Source of the DNA: the human T2T-CHM13v2.0 reference genome, Homo sapiens
Reading direction: 5' to 3' (one strand)
Assembly: GCF_009914755.1 (NCBI RefSeq)
Contig: NC_060933.1
DNA length: 64,000 nt
Below, piece by piece: positions 10,154-26,060 of this stretch; the first letter of the stretch is position 1, and the number at the start of each line of letters is the position of its first letter. The notes under the pieces were generated by a model. The model had not been told where the DNA came from, searched no databases, and saw nothing but the letters and a program-made list of their open reading frames with translations. The position numbers were made by a program, and so were the translations under genes.

Positions 10154-13100
10154 CACGAGACAGGAAGGAGAACTGGCTCTGTGCTCTTGGGACGGTGTAT
10201 TCATTCCTGGATATCCGTGTCTCTACCTGTGAAATAAACTGATTGAATTGGATCATCTTTAACCCTGTATCCTCAACCTAGGCTCTAGGGGTAAAACTGT
10301 GAGTTATGGTTCTACCACCTATTGGTTTATACTTTGTAAAATGTAAATGGTAGCTACCTTACAAGGACAGGCTTAGGATTATATTAAACCATGAAAGCAT
10401 CAATAAAATATTAAAGTTATTATCAATATCATCATTGTTGTTATGATTACATGAGCAGCTACATTGGAAAGCTGGGTGATAGTGGATAGATGGTGGAGTG
10501 AGAAGGGAAAGGACACAATCATGCTCTTTTAAAATTCCAGTAGATAAAACTTTAGGGAAAGGTGGGATCTGATTCTTGTGAAGTAAGCTGAAAGTAGCAA
10601 GGCTAAATTTAAGAAATGAAGCAATAGTTTATAAACTCCATCCAAGTCTATTTTTTCGTATATGTGATGAGGACTAAAAGCATGCACCTCCTCAAATTGT
10701 GCTGGAAGAGTTAGATGAAATAATAGTTAGACAACTTCTTTATACAGTGCAACACGGTATGAACAATTGTTAGCTGCTGTTGGCATTAGCATTTGTTTTA
10801 CAATTATTTGTATAGGACACACTTATGATGTTTCTATTGCTTAAAAGGTTCTATTTTAGTTTCCTCATCTGTAAAATGGGGTGGGGCAGTGACAATTTCT
10901 GCATCTTAGAGTTGTAAGGGGAATGCTTCCAGCAGTCTTGGGTCTATAGGGCGCACTGGATAAATGTGTTTCCTCCATTGTTTTTAGATAATCAAGCTCC
11001 TAATGACCTCTGATAAGTGGAGGGTTCTTTTACTCTTCTCATGCATGTTTTATGACTTGTTCGCTTACATGAATCTGATCTCAGATGTAGTTGGAGGTTA
11101 CTTTCAAAAACATACACATCTTATAGGCCGTAAAATACACATAAAATAGGAAAAATAAAAGGGAGAATAGAAAATGAAGTTTGGGTTAAAATAGAAAATG
11201 AAGTTTGTAAAGTTAATTCTATAAAGTCCTGAACACTTGATTCAAGTGAACTGCAAGTGTCTCTGAGCTTCCTTGCAGCTGAAGGAAAAAGGGGAATTAT
11301 AGCCAAAAGCCATACAGTCAGAAAGACAGCAGAGTAGTTGTTCAAAGTTATTTGAGAAATAGATTCCCTCAATGCTACAATAAGACACAAACATTTTCCA
11401 TGGTTTCTCATAAAGAGATCAATAGAGTTGATGCTGGTGGGAGATGTTCTGAACAATATTCCTGTGAGTTTGATGGGCTCAAGGTAGCCTAATGCATATA
11501 ATGAAGCACTATTCATACACGATTCATACAATAAGCAACAATAAAGCAACTCCATGAGGGGCAAACATATTACAGTCTAAATATATAGCTTTCTGGCGGT
11601 CTGGCTTAATCCAAGAATACATTTTGGAATACTATAATGACATTGAACCCCGAATAAAGGTTTGTTGAAAGCATGATTGATTACAGTGATGGGATGTTTG
11701 CATTTGTTTATTCCTGGGTGGCTTATCCCATTGGTCGCATTAACTAATCATTTGGAAATGGATAAAGAGAAGCTTCTGAGTATCGGGGTGATAGAGGAAA
11801 ACTCTGGGACAGCTTCTGCTATTGTTAGCAGCAAATTATCCCCAGAGGTGAACAAGGGGAATCACAGAGGAGAAGAGTGAGATGAAATCATTGAGCTGAG
11901 AGAGGAAAGAAGGCATTTCTCTTGCCTGCTGTTCCCACTCGCTCCCCACACGATCCTCAGCCAGCTCAGAGAAAGGTGAACCCAAGGGCATATGTGAAGC
12001 AGAAATGATGCATCTTAACGAGAGGGTGTCAGCTCCAAATCCCCTGCCTGCCTTCATGTCCCATAACACAACTGGCAAGGCAGCTGAGAAACAGCCACAT
12101 CCAGGCAGATCTCTCAGGGCATTTTGGCTCCAGAGGGGTGAAGTGAGGAAAAGTAGAAAAAAAGAAGAAGAAAAAAAGAACTATCTCTGAAAATGTAATT
12201 ATGAATAGTATTATTTTAATTACAAGTAAAGATATCAACTTAACTTTAGAGAATAAAGTACTCCTTGCTTATAATGTGTACAGAGGTCTATTTGCCAAAG
12301 GTGTTCACTTAAGTAATGATAGTTTTACTCTTATGCCAGCCTCATAGCAGTTCTGAAGGCTCTTACGGGGCTGAATTCAGAGCAATGGGGGTAAATAACC
12401 TAAGGGGAGCACACTGGAAGGGGACTATGTGTGTTTCTCATTGCACATAAACTTGAGAGGGAAAAATAGAAACACAACAAGCACACTTGGAATGGCCCAA
12501 CTTTTATATAAATGGGCCATTTCCAGAAAAGCAAGTGGGATTCTTCCTGAAGCACTGTTATCGAGGGCAGGGGGCCATAATGGTGGCTATGAGAGTTAAT
12601 CGTGGGAAAGGAAGCTTAGAATGCACTTGTTTTATTTTACCCCAAAGGGCCCAGTGTTTCCTGAGATACACTCCATGCACTGGAACTGCTCACTGCCTTG
12701 CCATACAGAATCCAAAATATCAGGATAGAGGGACTTTAGGCACTCACGGCCATCACTGTCATTTCACAGATGAGAAAACTGAGGCCCATAGAGAGAGAGG
12801 GACTTGCTAAGGCCACAGCACCATTGGTGGCAAGAGGGACTAGGAAATAAGTTCCTCACCTTAGATTCCGTGTTCTCTACTCTGACCCACTGTCTTATTC
12901 CATTTTCTTGACTTTGTGGGGTCTGTCATGCACTTGGTCCTTTACAAATCTCTGTCACCCCACACATTATTCTCCCAACAACCTGGAAGATAGGGAGTAT
13001 GATCATCCCCATCACAAGTGGAGGAAACCAAGGCCCAGAGCAGTGAAGGCCACTTGGAAAATCTGCACCAGATCTGGGACAGAAATTCAGGTTCTGTTAT

Positions 13101-13334
13101 TCTTAGTCTGGGATCTTCCTTGTTTCTTCCTATTCTCTACTCCTCTGCCCATTCTGGTGTCCCCATGTGAATGGGGGAAGTCATTGACTCTGGCAACCCA
13201 CCCTGCCAGGAGTCTCCACAATGCTCTACAGAAAAACAAAATAGAGGATATCAAGGAAAGCAAATGCTCATTCCATTGAGCACCTGGAAAGAGGATGCAA
13301 AACAGGTCCTTTCACAAAGACATTCTGATACTGT

Positions 13335-13552
13335 GGGATGAGCACAGACTTTACGGTCGGCCTGGTCTGGCTCTGAATCCTACAATAAAGCCACTCATTA
13401 GCCGAGTGAACATCTGCAAATCCCTCAGCATCTCTGAGCTTCTTTATCAGTGCAAAAGGAATATTAGTATTTACCTTGCAGCATTGCTGGAAGGATTAAA
13501 CATAATGAATGCAATTAATCTGGCAGTAGTAGCTACTCAATAAATGTTAGCT
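13335..13552 (+). mobile_element. MIR SINE
   Basis: gagcacagact...ctgaatcc...tctctgagct...ggattaaa...ctcaataaatgttagcta. Confidence 0.65.
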
Positions 13553-14374
13553 ACGTATCCTGCGGCAAGGCGTTCTAAAAGGAGAGTTTGTTGTATAACA
13601 CATAACTTTTAATGGATAGTTTAAATGATCTTAATATGCCCATGGGCTCCAGGGATTACACAAACTGCATATAAATAAAATATTGAAAATTCTGTTGACT
13701 CAATTTGTCTCTTTGCTTATTTCCAAAGCATCTATTGTGAAAGAGCGACTCATAACTAAATATAGATTAATAAAAGTTTGGAATGGCAATTATTTTCCAA
13801 TTATCATAAATCCCATTAAACATTGCAATTATATGAATTTTTTCCTTTCAGATCACAAAATTTGAAAGCTCCAAGGGACCACAAAGAGTGTCTTTGTCAC
13901 TGACTTAAATTTTAGATGGAAACACAGGGACTCTGAAAGAGGAGATAATTCTCTCAAAGACACACAGCTGTCAGCACAAGAGCTGGTTTTAAAATCCAGG
14001 TCTCGCACACCAGGTCTCTGCTTAATTCCCTCTGCCACAGTGCTTTGTTTAAGAAGAAAAATGAACAACTTTTTTCCCGGCAAGTAATACTGCATTTAAT
14101 TGCCAATTTCTTTCTTGTTAAGATATTTTAGGATTAGTGAGCATGCTGCCATCTCAGAGCCTCCCCCAAATCCACATTCTCAGCTAGACCCTTAGTCATT
14201 TTCCTATAAAGAAATATTCCCTGTCCCTGTTTGAAACTAGTTAAGAAATATCCTTCTCTTCTGCTAATTCATTCAGTTATATTCACTGAATATCTGGCTC
14301 TATATCAAGAACCAGGGATCTAAAACCATACTTTACTTAACCAAAATGCACTAAAATCTTTAAGGATTAACTCA

Positions 14375-14598
14375 CAAGGCACCAAACTATAGGCCAAAGA
14401 CCAAATGTGTCCCACTGTCCATTTTGCAAATAAATTTTTATTGGAAAACTATCACACTCCTCCATTTATGTGCTGTATATTCTGTGGGTGCTCTTGCACT
14501 ACAGTGGCAGAGTTGAGCAGCTGCAACAGAGACCAGAAGGCCCACAAAGTCTAAAATATTTACTGTCTGACCCTTTATAGACAGTTTGCTAATCCTGT
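14375..14598 (+). mobile_element. MER58A-like hAT-Charlie DNA transposon
   Basis: caaactataggcc...aaataaatttttattggaa...cagagttgagcagctgcaacagagacc...aaaatatttactgtctgaccctttatagacagtttgc. Confidence 0.8.
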
Positions 14599-15904
14599 TT
14601 TATCTCATTGACCCAGACATCAAATAATATATTTTAAGGAAATAATCAAGGATGATCAAAGATTTATATATTGTACTACCACTGACAGAGATAGATAGAT
14701 CAGTGATTTGTTTGTTTGTTTTGCTTTGACAAAAGTATTCTCTTGCTCCCAAAATGTTTGAAAACTACTCAGCTGAAGCAAATTAGAAAACAGGGATGTT
14801 TACCCACATAGCCTTCTTGGAGAACTTTTAAACCTGAATAACACACTCGTTATTTAAATCTACGCTGGAAGAAGCTGATAAAAACTGCCCAGGTCACATC
14901 TGAGTTAAGAAAATTAACGTTTTAAGTGGAATTTATAATTTGATGATTAAACAAGGTAATTGATTTAGTATACTCAATGATAATAGAAAAACAATGGGGT
15001 GGGGGTCGTCTAAAGTATTCTTAGAGATATTTGATTTGATTACCAAAGCATCATAAGAAGAAGGAAGGCATCATCAATTTTCCTAGTTGGTAGGATCTGA
15101 TGAGTTGTAAATGTCATGAAAACACAGCTCTGAGGGTTAAAACTGAAATGACTAGGAATAATTGACAGCAATTATTAAATAATAATTTAATTTAAAATAT
15201 TCTCAATACTCTCAAAATTACACTCAATAAAGCAAGTCCTTGCTGACTGTCAGAACTGATCAGAATGGAACAAGCTGCTCTGGGAAGTAGAGGGGTGCCT
15301 GTCTTTGAAGATACTGAAGCAGAGTTTGCATAACTGATTGACAGAGATGCTTATAGGAGGGATTCAGAATCCAACGGGTGGTTGGAAAGCGTTATTGTTG
15401 TCCATTCTTAACTAGGAAATGCTATGAGTTTCAGAAAAGTAAAAATGTTTATGGAACATTAGCAACTGTCTTCTGGATACCTAGGTGAATTGGACATCTT
15501 TCAGTCAAAAATTAGTCATCGCTGTGGCCACAGACACATGTTAGTCCCATATAGGCACCAAGATGATGGATAACTTATGGTAGGGATTGCCTGTTTAGGT
15601 TTTTCCAGCTCTGAGTTCATTGGACAGTACTCCAAAACACACTGAGAAATGCCAGTTTCCTGTTTTATCCCAGAGCTACTCCCAAAGTCTGAATTTTAAT
15701 TCTGTTCTTTCTTCCAAAGCACATAAAAATGGTTTCTCTCCATCAAATTGTCCTCAGTTCCTCTTTTTTCCTGTCTCCACACATGACTACCATTCCTCTT
15801 GAGCATAAGGTATTTGATGGCAATAGCCTACAAAAGGCCACTGCCAACAACCAACGTGGTATTTCTGCAAGCTCACATGGTATTTTCCAAAAGGAAGAAT
15901 AATA

Positions 15905-16088
15905 CTCTTTTCTACTTTCTTTTCTTTCTTTCTCTCTTCCTTCTTTCCTTCCTTCCTTCCTCCCTCCCTTCCTTTCCTTTCTTCCTTCGTTTATTCTTTC
16001 TTCTTTCTTTCTCCTCTCTTCTCTTTTCCTCGCCTCTCTTTCCCTCCTCCTTCTTCTCTTCCTCTCTCTCTCTCTCTCCCTCCCTCCT
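15905..16088 (+). repeat. CT-rich polypyrimidine low-complexity tract
   Basis: (TTTC)/(CCTT)/(CT) mosaic. Confidence 0.9.
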
Positions 16089-16521
16089 GCATGTATTTAC
16101 TGCCTAAACCCCTAGTAGACTCAGAGATAAATAATATCTCTTTTACAATATTGGACATGTTTGATTTTCCGGGTACATATGCTTAAGCATAAATGTATGT
16201 TGGTCAACTATATATGGGCCAGGCACTTTGCATGAATACTCACAAGCACCCCAGGAGCTGGTTGTGGTTATTTTCATTTTACAGATGAAGAAACTTAAGC
16301 TCAAAGATTCCGGGTTTAACTATCTCTATGACACTATGTGCATGCCACATGTGGTTTAGGATTGCTTTCAACCCAAAAATCTCTCTAGCAAGCTAATTGC
16401 CCATTATGAGACCCAAGTCTATGAATTTATATAAATTGTTCTTAAACTGCATCATATTTCTTACTTACTTCCTGTATTTTAAGCAAGATTCTGCCAATAT
16501 TTTGTCCTCCTTAAAAGCTGA

Positions 16522-16902
<381 letters not shown>

Positions 16903-17763
16903 CTAACATAACAACCTGGACAACCTTAGACAAGTAATGATTCCTCTTTGAGTTTCACTTTACTCATCTGTAAAATGAACAGTTGGAGTGGATTAGTGGC
17001 CTTCATGCTTTTACTTAGACTTGAAACATTTGATTTATTAATATATTCTTTCAACTAATTTTGGGAGTAAGGTTTTGTCTCTATGTTAGGTGCTAGGACT
17101 ACAGGAGAAAACTCTATAGACAAAGAATGTACATTTTGCCGGAGGAAGTACAAATAATAACATTCCAATAAATATTTTGCAAAATAAGTAAACTACATAT
17201 AAGTAGAACTTCTCAGGGGATAGCGATGAACGCAGACCCCTGACTCTCCCCTCACCATCCTGCCCTTCAGGCCAGGGGCACAATTTGAAAACTATCAGAC
17301 ACAGATGCCATCTGTGTTATTTTGACGTGAGGTCAGCCACCCGCATCAGAATTTGGTGAGAATCCATGTTAAAATACAGAAACGAGAGATTAGTCAAAAC
17401 TTAGCAGGCCAGAGTCTTTGCCTCTGCCTTTTTAACAAGCTCCCAGGTGACTCTTCTACAGAGTGAAACCAAGAACTTCAGGACTGAAGTGCCTCTGAGG
17501 TCTCCTCTTCTTTGGACAATCTTCTCCCCCATTCTCCCCTGATAAACTCCTTCTCAAAGTACTGGGCCTGGGCTTGGAGGTCACTTCTACAGGGCACTTT
17601 AGTTGACTCTCCCAACTAGCTCAGCCTCAGGCTCCCCCAGGCCAGCTGGCAATGATTTTATTGTCCTCACTCTCCACTAGACAGTTACCTCCATTGGACA
17701 GGGACTGTATCTATTTTTCTCATCTCTAAGTACATTGCCTGGAACTTATAAAATACCCAGTAA

Positions 17764-18080
<317 letters not shown>

Positions 18081-18850
18081 AACAATTCTTAAATAAATGA
18101 AGGCAATACAAACGGGCTTATGAATGGATCTTCTCTCCTTTCCAGCACTAAGAAACTCATGTTCTTAGGCACTTCCCGCAATCAGATTGTTTCACTGCCA
18201 ATACAGAGCCCCTGGAATCTGGCAAGTTACCTTAGGACTCTGTTTCCAAATTGCCTAAGTCTTCAGTGACTTCCTGTTTCTATTTATTACTTCACCCAGT
18301 TTCATGCGTAGGCAGAGGTGGCAATTAAATCCTCAGAAGTGAGGAATTTTGGAATTAATCCTTAACACCTTAGTGGGTTCATTTTTTCCCCTTTCCAATC
18401 AGTAGCATGTCGGGTAAGACCAGAGATCTGCAGGAAAGAAGTCTTAGTGGGATTAAATAAAACAAGGTTCTTCGCCAAGACACACAGAAGAACAAATGCC
18501 ACCCACCTGGTCCCCCTGATTCTACCTTGACAACCTTACAATTCTTCTTAAATATGACAGCCAGAATTATCTTCTCAAAGTGTGAGTTGGCTCATGCCAC
18601 CTCCTCCACCTTTTTGGGAAGCAGTCAATGAACCCCACTGTCTATGAGACAAATAGGAAACTCTCTCGATTTATATTCAAGATGCCTTATGTTCAAATTC
18701 CCAGCTCCTTCCTCATTGCCCTGTCCTCATCCCAGTCACTTTATATTGCTCTGTGAAACTATTCACAATTAGCATCACCCACATTCACCTTTTTCTTACA
18801 TTTATATGAACTTTCAGAAACTAGCCACTATTGAAAATGTAGCCCTGATG

Positions 18851-19143
18851 TTTTTTTGTTTTGAGACAGAGTGTCGCTCATCACCCAGGCTGGAGTGCAG
18901 TGGCTCCATCTCAGCTCACTGCAACCTCCGCCTCCCGGGTTCAAACAATTCTCTGCCTCAGCCTCCTGAGTAAATGGGATTACAGGCACCCGCCACCATG
19001 CCAGGCTAATTTTTTTTGTATTTTTAGTAGAGACGGGATTTCACCATCTTGGCCAGGCTGGTCTTGAATTCCTGACCTAGTAATCTGCCTGCCTTGGCCT
19101 CCCCAAGTGCTGGGATTACAGGCGTGAGCCACCGCACCCAGCC
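18851..19143 (-). mobile_element. AluS (Sg-like)
   Basis: Antisense dimeric Alu; TSD agccctgat. Confidence 0.92.
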
Positions 19144-19489
19144 AGCCCTGATATCTAAACACTGAATAGGACACTGTCTGTCCTGTCTCCTGTTTTTCTT
19201 TTGTTGTTATGCTCCATCCAAATGTACAAACACACTCTAACTTCCAAGTTATCTTACCCACATGCAGTTTTCACTACTGGAAAAACTCATTCCCTACTCT
19301 CTCAGGTTCATCTTACTCACCAATATCACCTTGCACTTCCTTAAAGTATGTATCACCCCGAACTAAAATTGCCCACTTACTTCTCTCTGTCAGTGCTACA
19401 GGATGTGTCCTGCACGAGAATGGAAAAGTGGTAGCTTGTTTGGGATATTCTTAACACCTAGCTCAGGGTTTGCATATAATCAGTCCTCA

Positions 19490-19807
<318 letters not shown>

Positions 19808-19898
19808 TCAGTCCTCAAATCATCGAGGAAAGAATAACCATGTCTCTCTCAAACTCAGTTGACCCCATGACTTGCTATTCATTCTTTCAATCAGTACC

Positions 19899-20104
19899 TT
19901 TTTTTTAAACATTTATGTTAGGTTCAAGCGTACATGGGCAGGTTTGTTCATATAGGCAAATTGTGTGTCACGAGGTTTTGGTGTACAGCTCATTTTGCCA
20001 CCCAGGTAATAAGCATAGTACCCCATAGGTAGTTTTTCAATCCTCAACCTCCTCGCTCCCTCTCTCCTCCTTCAAGTGGGTCCCAGAGTCTGTTGTTCCC
20101 TTCT
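19899..20104 (-). mobile_element. L1PA15/16-like 3' end
   Basis: T tract, then tacatgggcaggtttgt...cacccaggtaataagcatagtaccc...tgttgttcccttc. Confidence 0.85.
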
Positions 20105-20547
20105 TTTCAACCAGTGGTTTTTAAGCTGTGTTTATGGTACTCTTCTAAATGCCAAGTGATAAGACAGTGAATAGGACAGGCAAATTGTTGTTCTTTTTGA
20201 ATTTACCTTCTAGTGAGAGAACCAGATGATAAACATGCCAATGCAGATATAATGAAATGTCAGACATGGTAAGTCTCATGGAAAAAATAGAGCAAGTTCA
20301 GGGGACAGACAGTCACAAGGGAGGGAGGTCCCATGTTCCTCAAGGAGGAGAAATACAACCAGAGGGAGACTTAGAGGCACAATCTGTTCCAGGCAAAGGG
20401 AGGAGCAACTGTAAAATGTCCCATGCTGTGAGTGAACGCAGAATGTTTGAAAACTACTAAGAAGGCCAATTTGGAGAGGTAGAGAGAGGGAGCAGAGGCC
20501 ACATGAAGGAGGTCCTGGTACACCACGATGAAGACTTTACTGTTATC

Positions 20548-21027
20548 ATTATATATTGACAAATTATAGGGTACAAATTGTAGGACAGAAAGTGACGTTA
20601 CGATTATTTAATACAATGTGGAATGCTCAAATCAAGCTAATGAATATACCCAAAACCTCGAATATTTAACATTTTTTTGTGATGAAAACATTTTTAATTT
20701 ATTTCTTTAGCAGTATTAAAATGTACAGTACTCAATCATTAATTAACTTCACCACACTGTGAAACAGATCTCAAAATTTAAGTCTCAGATGTAACTGAAG
20801 CTTTGCATCCTTTTGACCATCATCTCATTTCTCCTACCCTCAGTCTCTGGTAACCACCATTCTACCCTCTGCTTCTATGAATTCGATTGTTCTAGCTTCC
20901 ACATGTAAGTGAAATATGCAATATTTGTCTTTCTGTGCCTGGCTTATTTCACTTAGCATAATGTTCTCCGGTTCCATCCATGTTGTTGCAAATGAAAGAA
21001 TTTCTTTCTTTTTTAAGGCTGAATAGG
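20548..21027 (-). mobile_element. L1MA-type 3'UTR fragment
   Basis: ctggtaaccaccattctaccctctgcttctatga...tttgtctttctgtgcctggcttatttcacttagcataatg...ttaaggctgaatag. Confidence 0.88.
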
Positions 21028-21525
21028 AGGACTTCAGATTTTGTATTAAGTGAGATGAAAAGCCACTATAGAGGTTTTTATAATGTGCCAGAATCTGAGT
21101 TGGGTTTCAGAAGGATCACTCCGGCTGCTGTGTAGAGAAGACCTGAAGGCAGGGGAGGACAAAATCAGAAGCGGAGATGCCACTAGGCGGTCACTGCAGT
21201 GATCCAGATAAAAGCAGGGAGTGGCCTGGATGAGGGCAGTAAGTAGATACACCAGGAATGCATTTTCTTTTCTTTTAATTGACACATAATAATTGTACAC
21301 ATTTATGGCATAAAATATAATGTTTCTAAGGAGAGTTTATAGGACTTGCTGATGTGGAATATGAAAGAAAAAGAAGAATCATGGATACTTACTTGCTTGG
21401 GATTCAAATATCTGGATCAACAGTGATGCCATTCAATGAAAATGGAAACATTGGTAGAGCCACACATTTGAAAAAGCAACCAAGAATCCAGACTTTGACA
21501 TGATACATTTAAGAAGCCTATTAAA

Positions 21526-21856
<331 letters not shown>

Positions 21857-22137
21857 CTATTAAATAGCTGGGGACATAGGTCTGGAGTTTAGAGGATTTG
21901 TCTAGATTGACAACATAAATGTGAATTGTCAGGGTAAATTCTATAACACCAGGAGAACAGATGAGAGCATGAAACCATAGGCACAGATAGATAGAGAAGA
22001 GGCCGAAGGACTGAGACTCTGGGTGCACCAATATCTAGAGACTGAAAAGAGAAGAATCCAGCAATGACACTGAGAAGGCTATCCTAGTGAACAAAGATGA
22101 ACGAGAGAGAAATTGAGTAAAGAAAGTGTTTCAGTTA

Positions 22138-22424
22138 GGTCAGGTGCAGTGGCTCATATCTGTAATCCCAGCACTTTGGGAGGCCGAGACAGGTGGATCA
22201 CCTGGGGTTAGGAGTTTAAGACCAGCCCGGCCAACATGGCGAAACCCCATCTCTACTAAAAATACAAAACTTAGCTAGGCGTGGTGGCACATGCCTGTAA
22301 TCCCAGCTACTCAGGAGGCTGAGGCCAGAGAATCACTTGTACCCGGAAGGTGGTGGTTGCAGTGAGCCAAGATCACACCACTGCACTCCAGCCTGGGCGA
22401 CAGAGTGAGACTCTGTCTCAATAA

Positions 22425-22425
<1 letters not shown>
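22138..22425 (+). mobile_element. AluSx-like
   Basis: Dimeric Alu whose tail runs into a TAGA repeat. Confidence 0.92.
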
Positions 22426-22481
<56 letters not shown>

Positions 22482-22497
22482 CAGATAGATAGATAGA
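22426..22497 (+). repeat. (TAGA)14 CAGA (TAGA)3 tetranucleotide STR
   Basis: Counted directly. Confidence 0.97.
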
Positions 22498-23949
22498 TAA
22501 AAGTGTTTTTGTATAAAATCGAAACTCTACCATAGCTGATACGGACTGGCCTCTGTTTATTTCTCCAACTTCACCCTCTACCATCCTCCATTAATTGATC
22601 TCTATCCAAAGTGGTCTTTTTCAGCCCTCAAAGAGGCAGGGATGGGTTGACTCTCATACCTTCATAGCTTGCAGGGAACACACAGCGCTAAGATCTCTAC
22701 CATGCTGCCTTGCACCATGAAAGCTCAAGGCAACAAGCTTAGAGAAGCAGTCTTTGGCCACCAAAGCTAAACTAGACATCTTCCTATTACCTGATTTTTA
22801 TTTATCTATGGCAATCGTGTCACTGCCTAGATTTATCTTATTCATTTGTTTACACCTTATTTCTTTTCTCCACCTATTCTCCAGGCCTCGGCCCTTTATT
22901 CAACTACAATACAAACTCCAGTAGGACAAGGACATTGTCTTATTTATTGCACGGCTCATCACAAAAACCTATTAACTGTGCCCAGCACTTAGTAGGTGCT
23001 CAATAAATATTTGTTGAGCACATAAGAAAAGAAATCACCTGTCCAACTCCCATCCAACAAGACCAAAATACTTCTTGTATGGAAACTTCCCTAAGACTTC
23101 CAACTCAACACAAAACATGAAAGGCACTAAAATGTAGTTGAAAAAGGATACACCTGGAAATCAAGTCAGAATAAGGTTCAAGTCCTAAATATGCTTCTCA
23201 CAGCTGTGTGACTTTGCAGTGGTCACATAAATTCTCTGGGTTTGTTTCCTGCACAGTGAGGGCTCTAAAGATCCTTCCTCCACAGGCTTCCTGTTAGAGA
23301 TAATGTGTAAAGTGTTGGCCACACAGAGGTGCTCATAAGTGGTGAGTAATACCTTATAATCATTATCCCTCCCTCCTTGGCACTCCCAAAGCAGACATCT
23401 GAACTTCTCATGACCCTAAATTACTATTATTTTTACACATGGGCTTTGTCCTTTTCAAACACTGTGAAATTATCAATACCAGTTCAACTCCCGTTGAGTG
23501 CAGGAACTTGCAATTTCTAGATTCCTTGTAAATGCTCGTGGAATGATTCACCCTCCCCTTCCTCAGGGACGTGAAGTGTTTTTAGCCTGAATTTCTTCCA
23601 CTTCATTTTTACTGTGTCTTATTCCCTCCAGTGCTTGCATTGGGATTGTGAGAGTTTGCCCATATAATCCCCTGCTGGTCACTCTTACTCCATGGTTTCT
23701 TTTCTTTTTGGTCTTCCTACCCCCACCCCTGTTTAAAACTAACATTTATTCAGTGCCTTCTAGTTTACAAAGCACATTTCAAATACCTTAGTTTAATCCT
23801 CAAGGCTGCCTTATGTGGTAGAGATTTTTATTTATCTGTTTTTAAAATGTAGAAACTGAACCTCCACAGGTGACATGACTTGAACAAGGTAACAGAGCCA
23901 AAAAGCAGAGGAGCCAGGAGGTTTATATAAATTTTGAACTTGCTTTCAC

Positions 23950-24990
23950 ATGATTCATTCATTCATTCAATATTTCATTCATTCATTCAGGCACACATTC
24001 TTCAGCAAATATTCATTAGGAACTAGACACTATTCTAAACACTTGAGATACATTAATAAAAAAAACATTCACAGGTCCTTCTTTATGAGACTTCTAGCAG
24101 AAAGAGATAAATAATAAATATTTTAAACAAGTAAATTAAAAAGTGTTACGTATTATGGAAAAAAGAAAAAGTGGAACAGAGAAGGGGAGACTGGAAGTAC
24201 TGGCAGAAGGGAATGCAATGTTAAGTGGGATAGTCAGGGTTGGACTCATGGAGAAGATGACATTTGAGTAAACACCTGGAGGAGGTAGGGGAGTGAGCTA
24301 GGTTGGCACTTGGTGAAAGAGCTTTCCAAGCAGAGGAGACACCAGGAAACCTGATAACTAGAGAGTGGTGAGGGAGGGGCAAGGAGTAATAGCGGGTAAT
24401 GTCGGGGAGAAAACAAGGGACTGACCATGCTGGACCTCACTGACTACTGTAAAGATGTTGGGTTTTGCTATGAAATAAATGGAAGCCATTTGCAGGGCAT
24501 TTAGTTAAATGAGTCAGACAACCTGACTTATGTTTACAAAGATCACCCCGTGTTGAGAGTTGAACGTGGACAGGCACGCTTAAAAGCAGTAAGATTATAC
24601 AGGAGGCTATTCTGGTAATCCAGGAGATTAAGGACAGTAGCTTGAATTAGGGGAGTAGCAAGAGAGGAGAGAAGAGGTGGCCAGATTCTGGGTTTGTATT
24701 TTTAAGGAGTAAAATTAGGGTTTCCTAATGGATTAGACTTGAAGTGTGAGGAAACAAGGGGAATCAAGGAAGAGTAAAAGGTTTTGACTTGAGCAACTGG
24801 AAATATGAATCTTCCATTAGCTGAGATAGGGAGGGCAGTAGATAAGACAGATTTAGCTGACAACGAAAGGGGTAGTCAGAAGTACAGGTTTATACACAAT
24901 ATACTTGAGAAGTAAGACATCCAAGCGGACATGTCCAGTGTGCAGTTGAGTTGACAAATCTAGATTTGGGGAGAAAAATGTAAAGAAGAA
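23950..24990 (-). mobile_element. L2a-like LINE fragment
   Basis: (ATTC)n terminus, then gacatttgagtaaacacctgga, ggaagccatttgcaggg, ggccagattctgg, tttttgacttgagcaactgga. Confidence 0.75.
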
Positions 24991-25599
24991 ATATTATTGA
25001 CATTCCCATTCACTTTCCAAAAAGATTTATTCATCCAATAAATATGATATGCCTCACTATTCACCAGAATCTGAACTAGAGACTGGTGTTGAAATGGATG
25101 GGGGAAAATGGACACAGTTTCTGCCTCAGAGTACTTACAGTCTAGCAGGAAAATAGAGTAAGTATAAGAAATAAATAATTATAAGAAATAAATTATATTA
25201 CAATATGATAAGGTTTTTGGTTGCAAAATAAAGAGGGAAATGGGAGTACACAGTTGTAGTATCTGACCTAATCTAGGTATTTCACTAAAAGCTTCCTGGA
25301 AGAAGTAAGATTTGAGCTGATAACTGATGAAATGGTTAAGCCAGGAGCATAGAAGAAAAGGAAGTATTTTAGGCAAAGGGAATAGTTCATAGGTGAATGG
25401 AAACATGAGGTATAAGAACAATTCAGAAACCCTCAAGATGAGTACAGGGGGAAACGATGAGTGTAAATGGTGACAGAGAATGATGGAAAGAGGGACACTG
25501 GGCAGAAGAGACCAGAAGGACCAAAAAAAAAAAAAATCAATATGTGGCCTTTGATTTCACCCTGGAAAGGAAAAACAATGATGAAAAAATTTTAGAGAA

Positions 25600-25985
25600 T
25601 ATTGAGGATACTGGGTATTAGATTATATTATGCAACTATCATTGATTAATTTTCTTAGAGATTTTAATGGCCTGATTATGTATTTATTGTGAAATGTATT
25701 TATTTATTATTTATAGGAGAATGTATTATTTATATAATACATTCATTTACTTATTGTTTATATATGTCCTCATTCTTAGAAGAAACATGCCAAAATATTA
25801 CAGGGGAAGTAACATGATGTCTACAACATATTTTTCATTCTTTTTGGAAAAAAGAGAGAGAAAAAATAAGGAGAGCTAGGAAAAAAGAGAGAAGGAGGAA
25901 GAAAGTAGATGTGGCAAAACATTCATAATTGGCAAATCTAGGTAAAGAGTACATAACTGTTGATTTGCCACTTCTTTGTCTTTTT
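25600..25985 (+). mobile_element. Old L1M (L1ME-like) 3'UTR fragment
   Basis: attgattaattttcttag...cctcattcttagaagaaacatgc...gatgtctacaac...atgtggcaaaacatt...ggcaaatctaggtaaagagtaca. Confidence 0.55.
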
Positions 25986-26060
25986 TCATTTTTTTTTAAA
26001 CACACAAACACGTGCAAATTTATTTCTGGAGAGAATTTGAGAGGATACTGAAACTACCAT

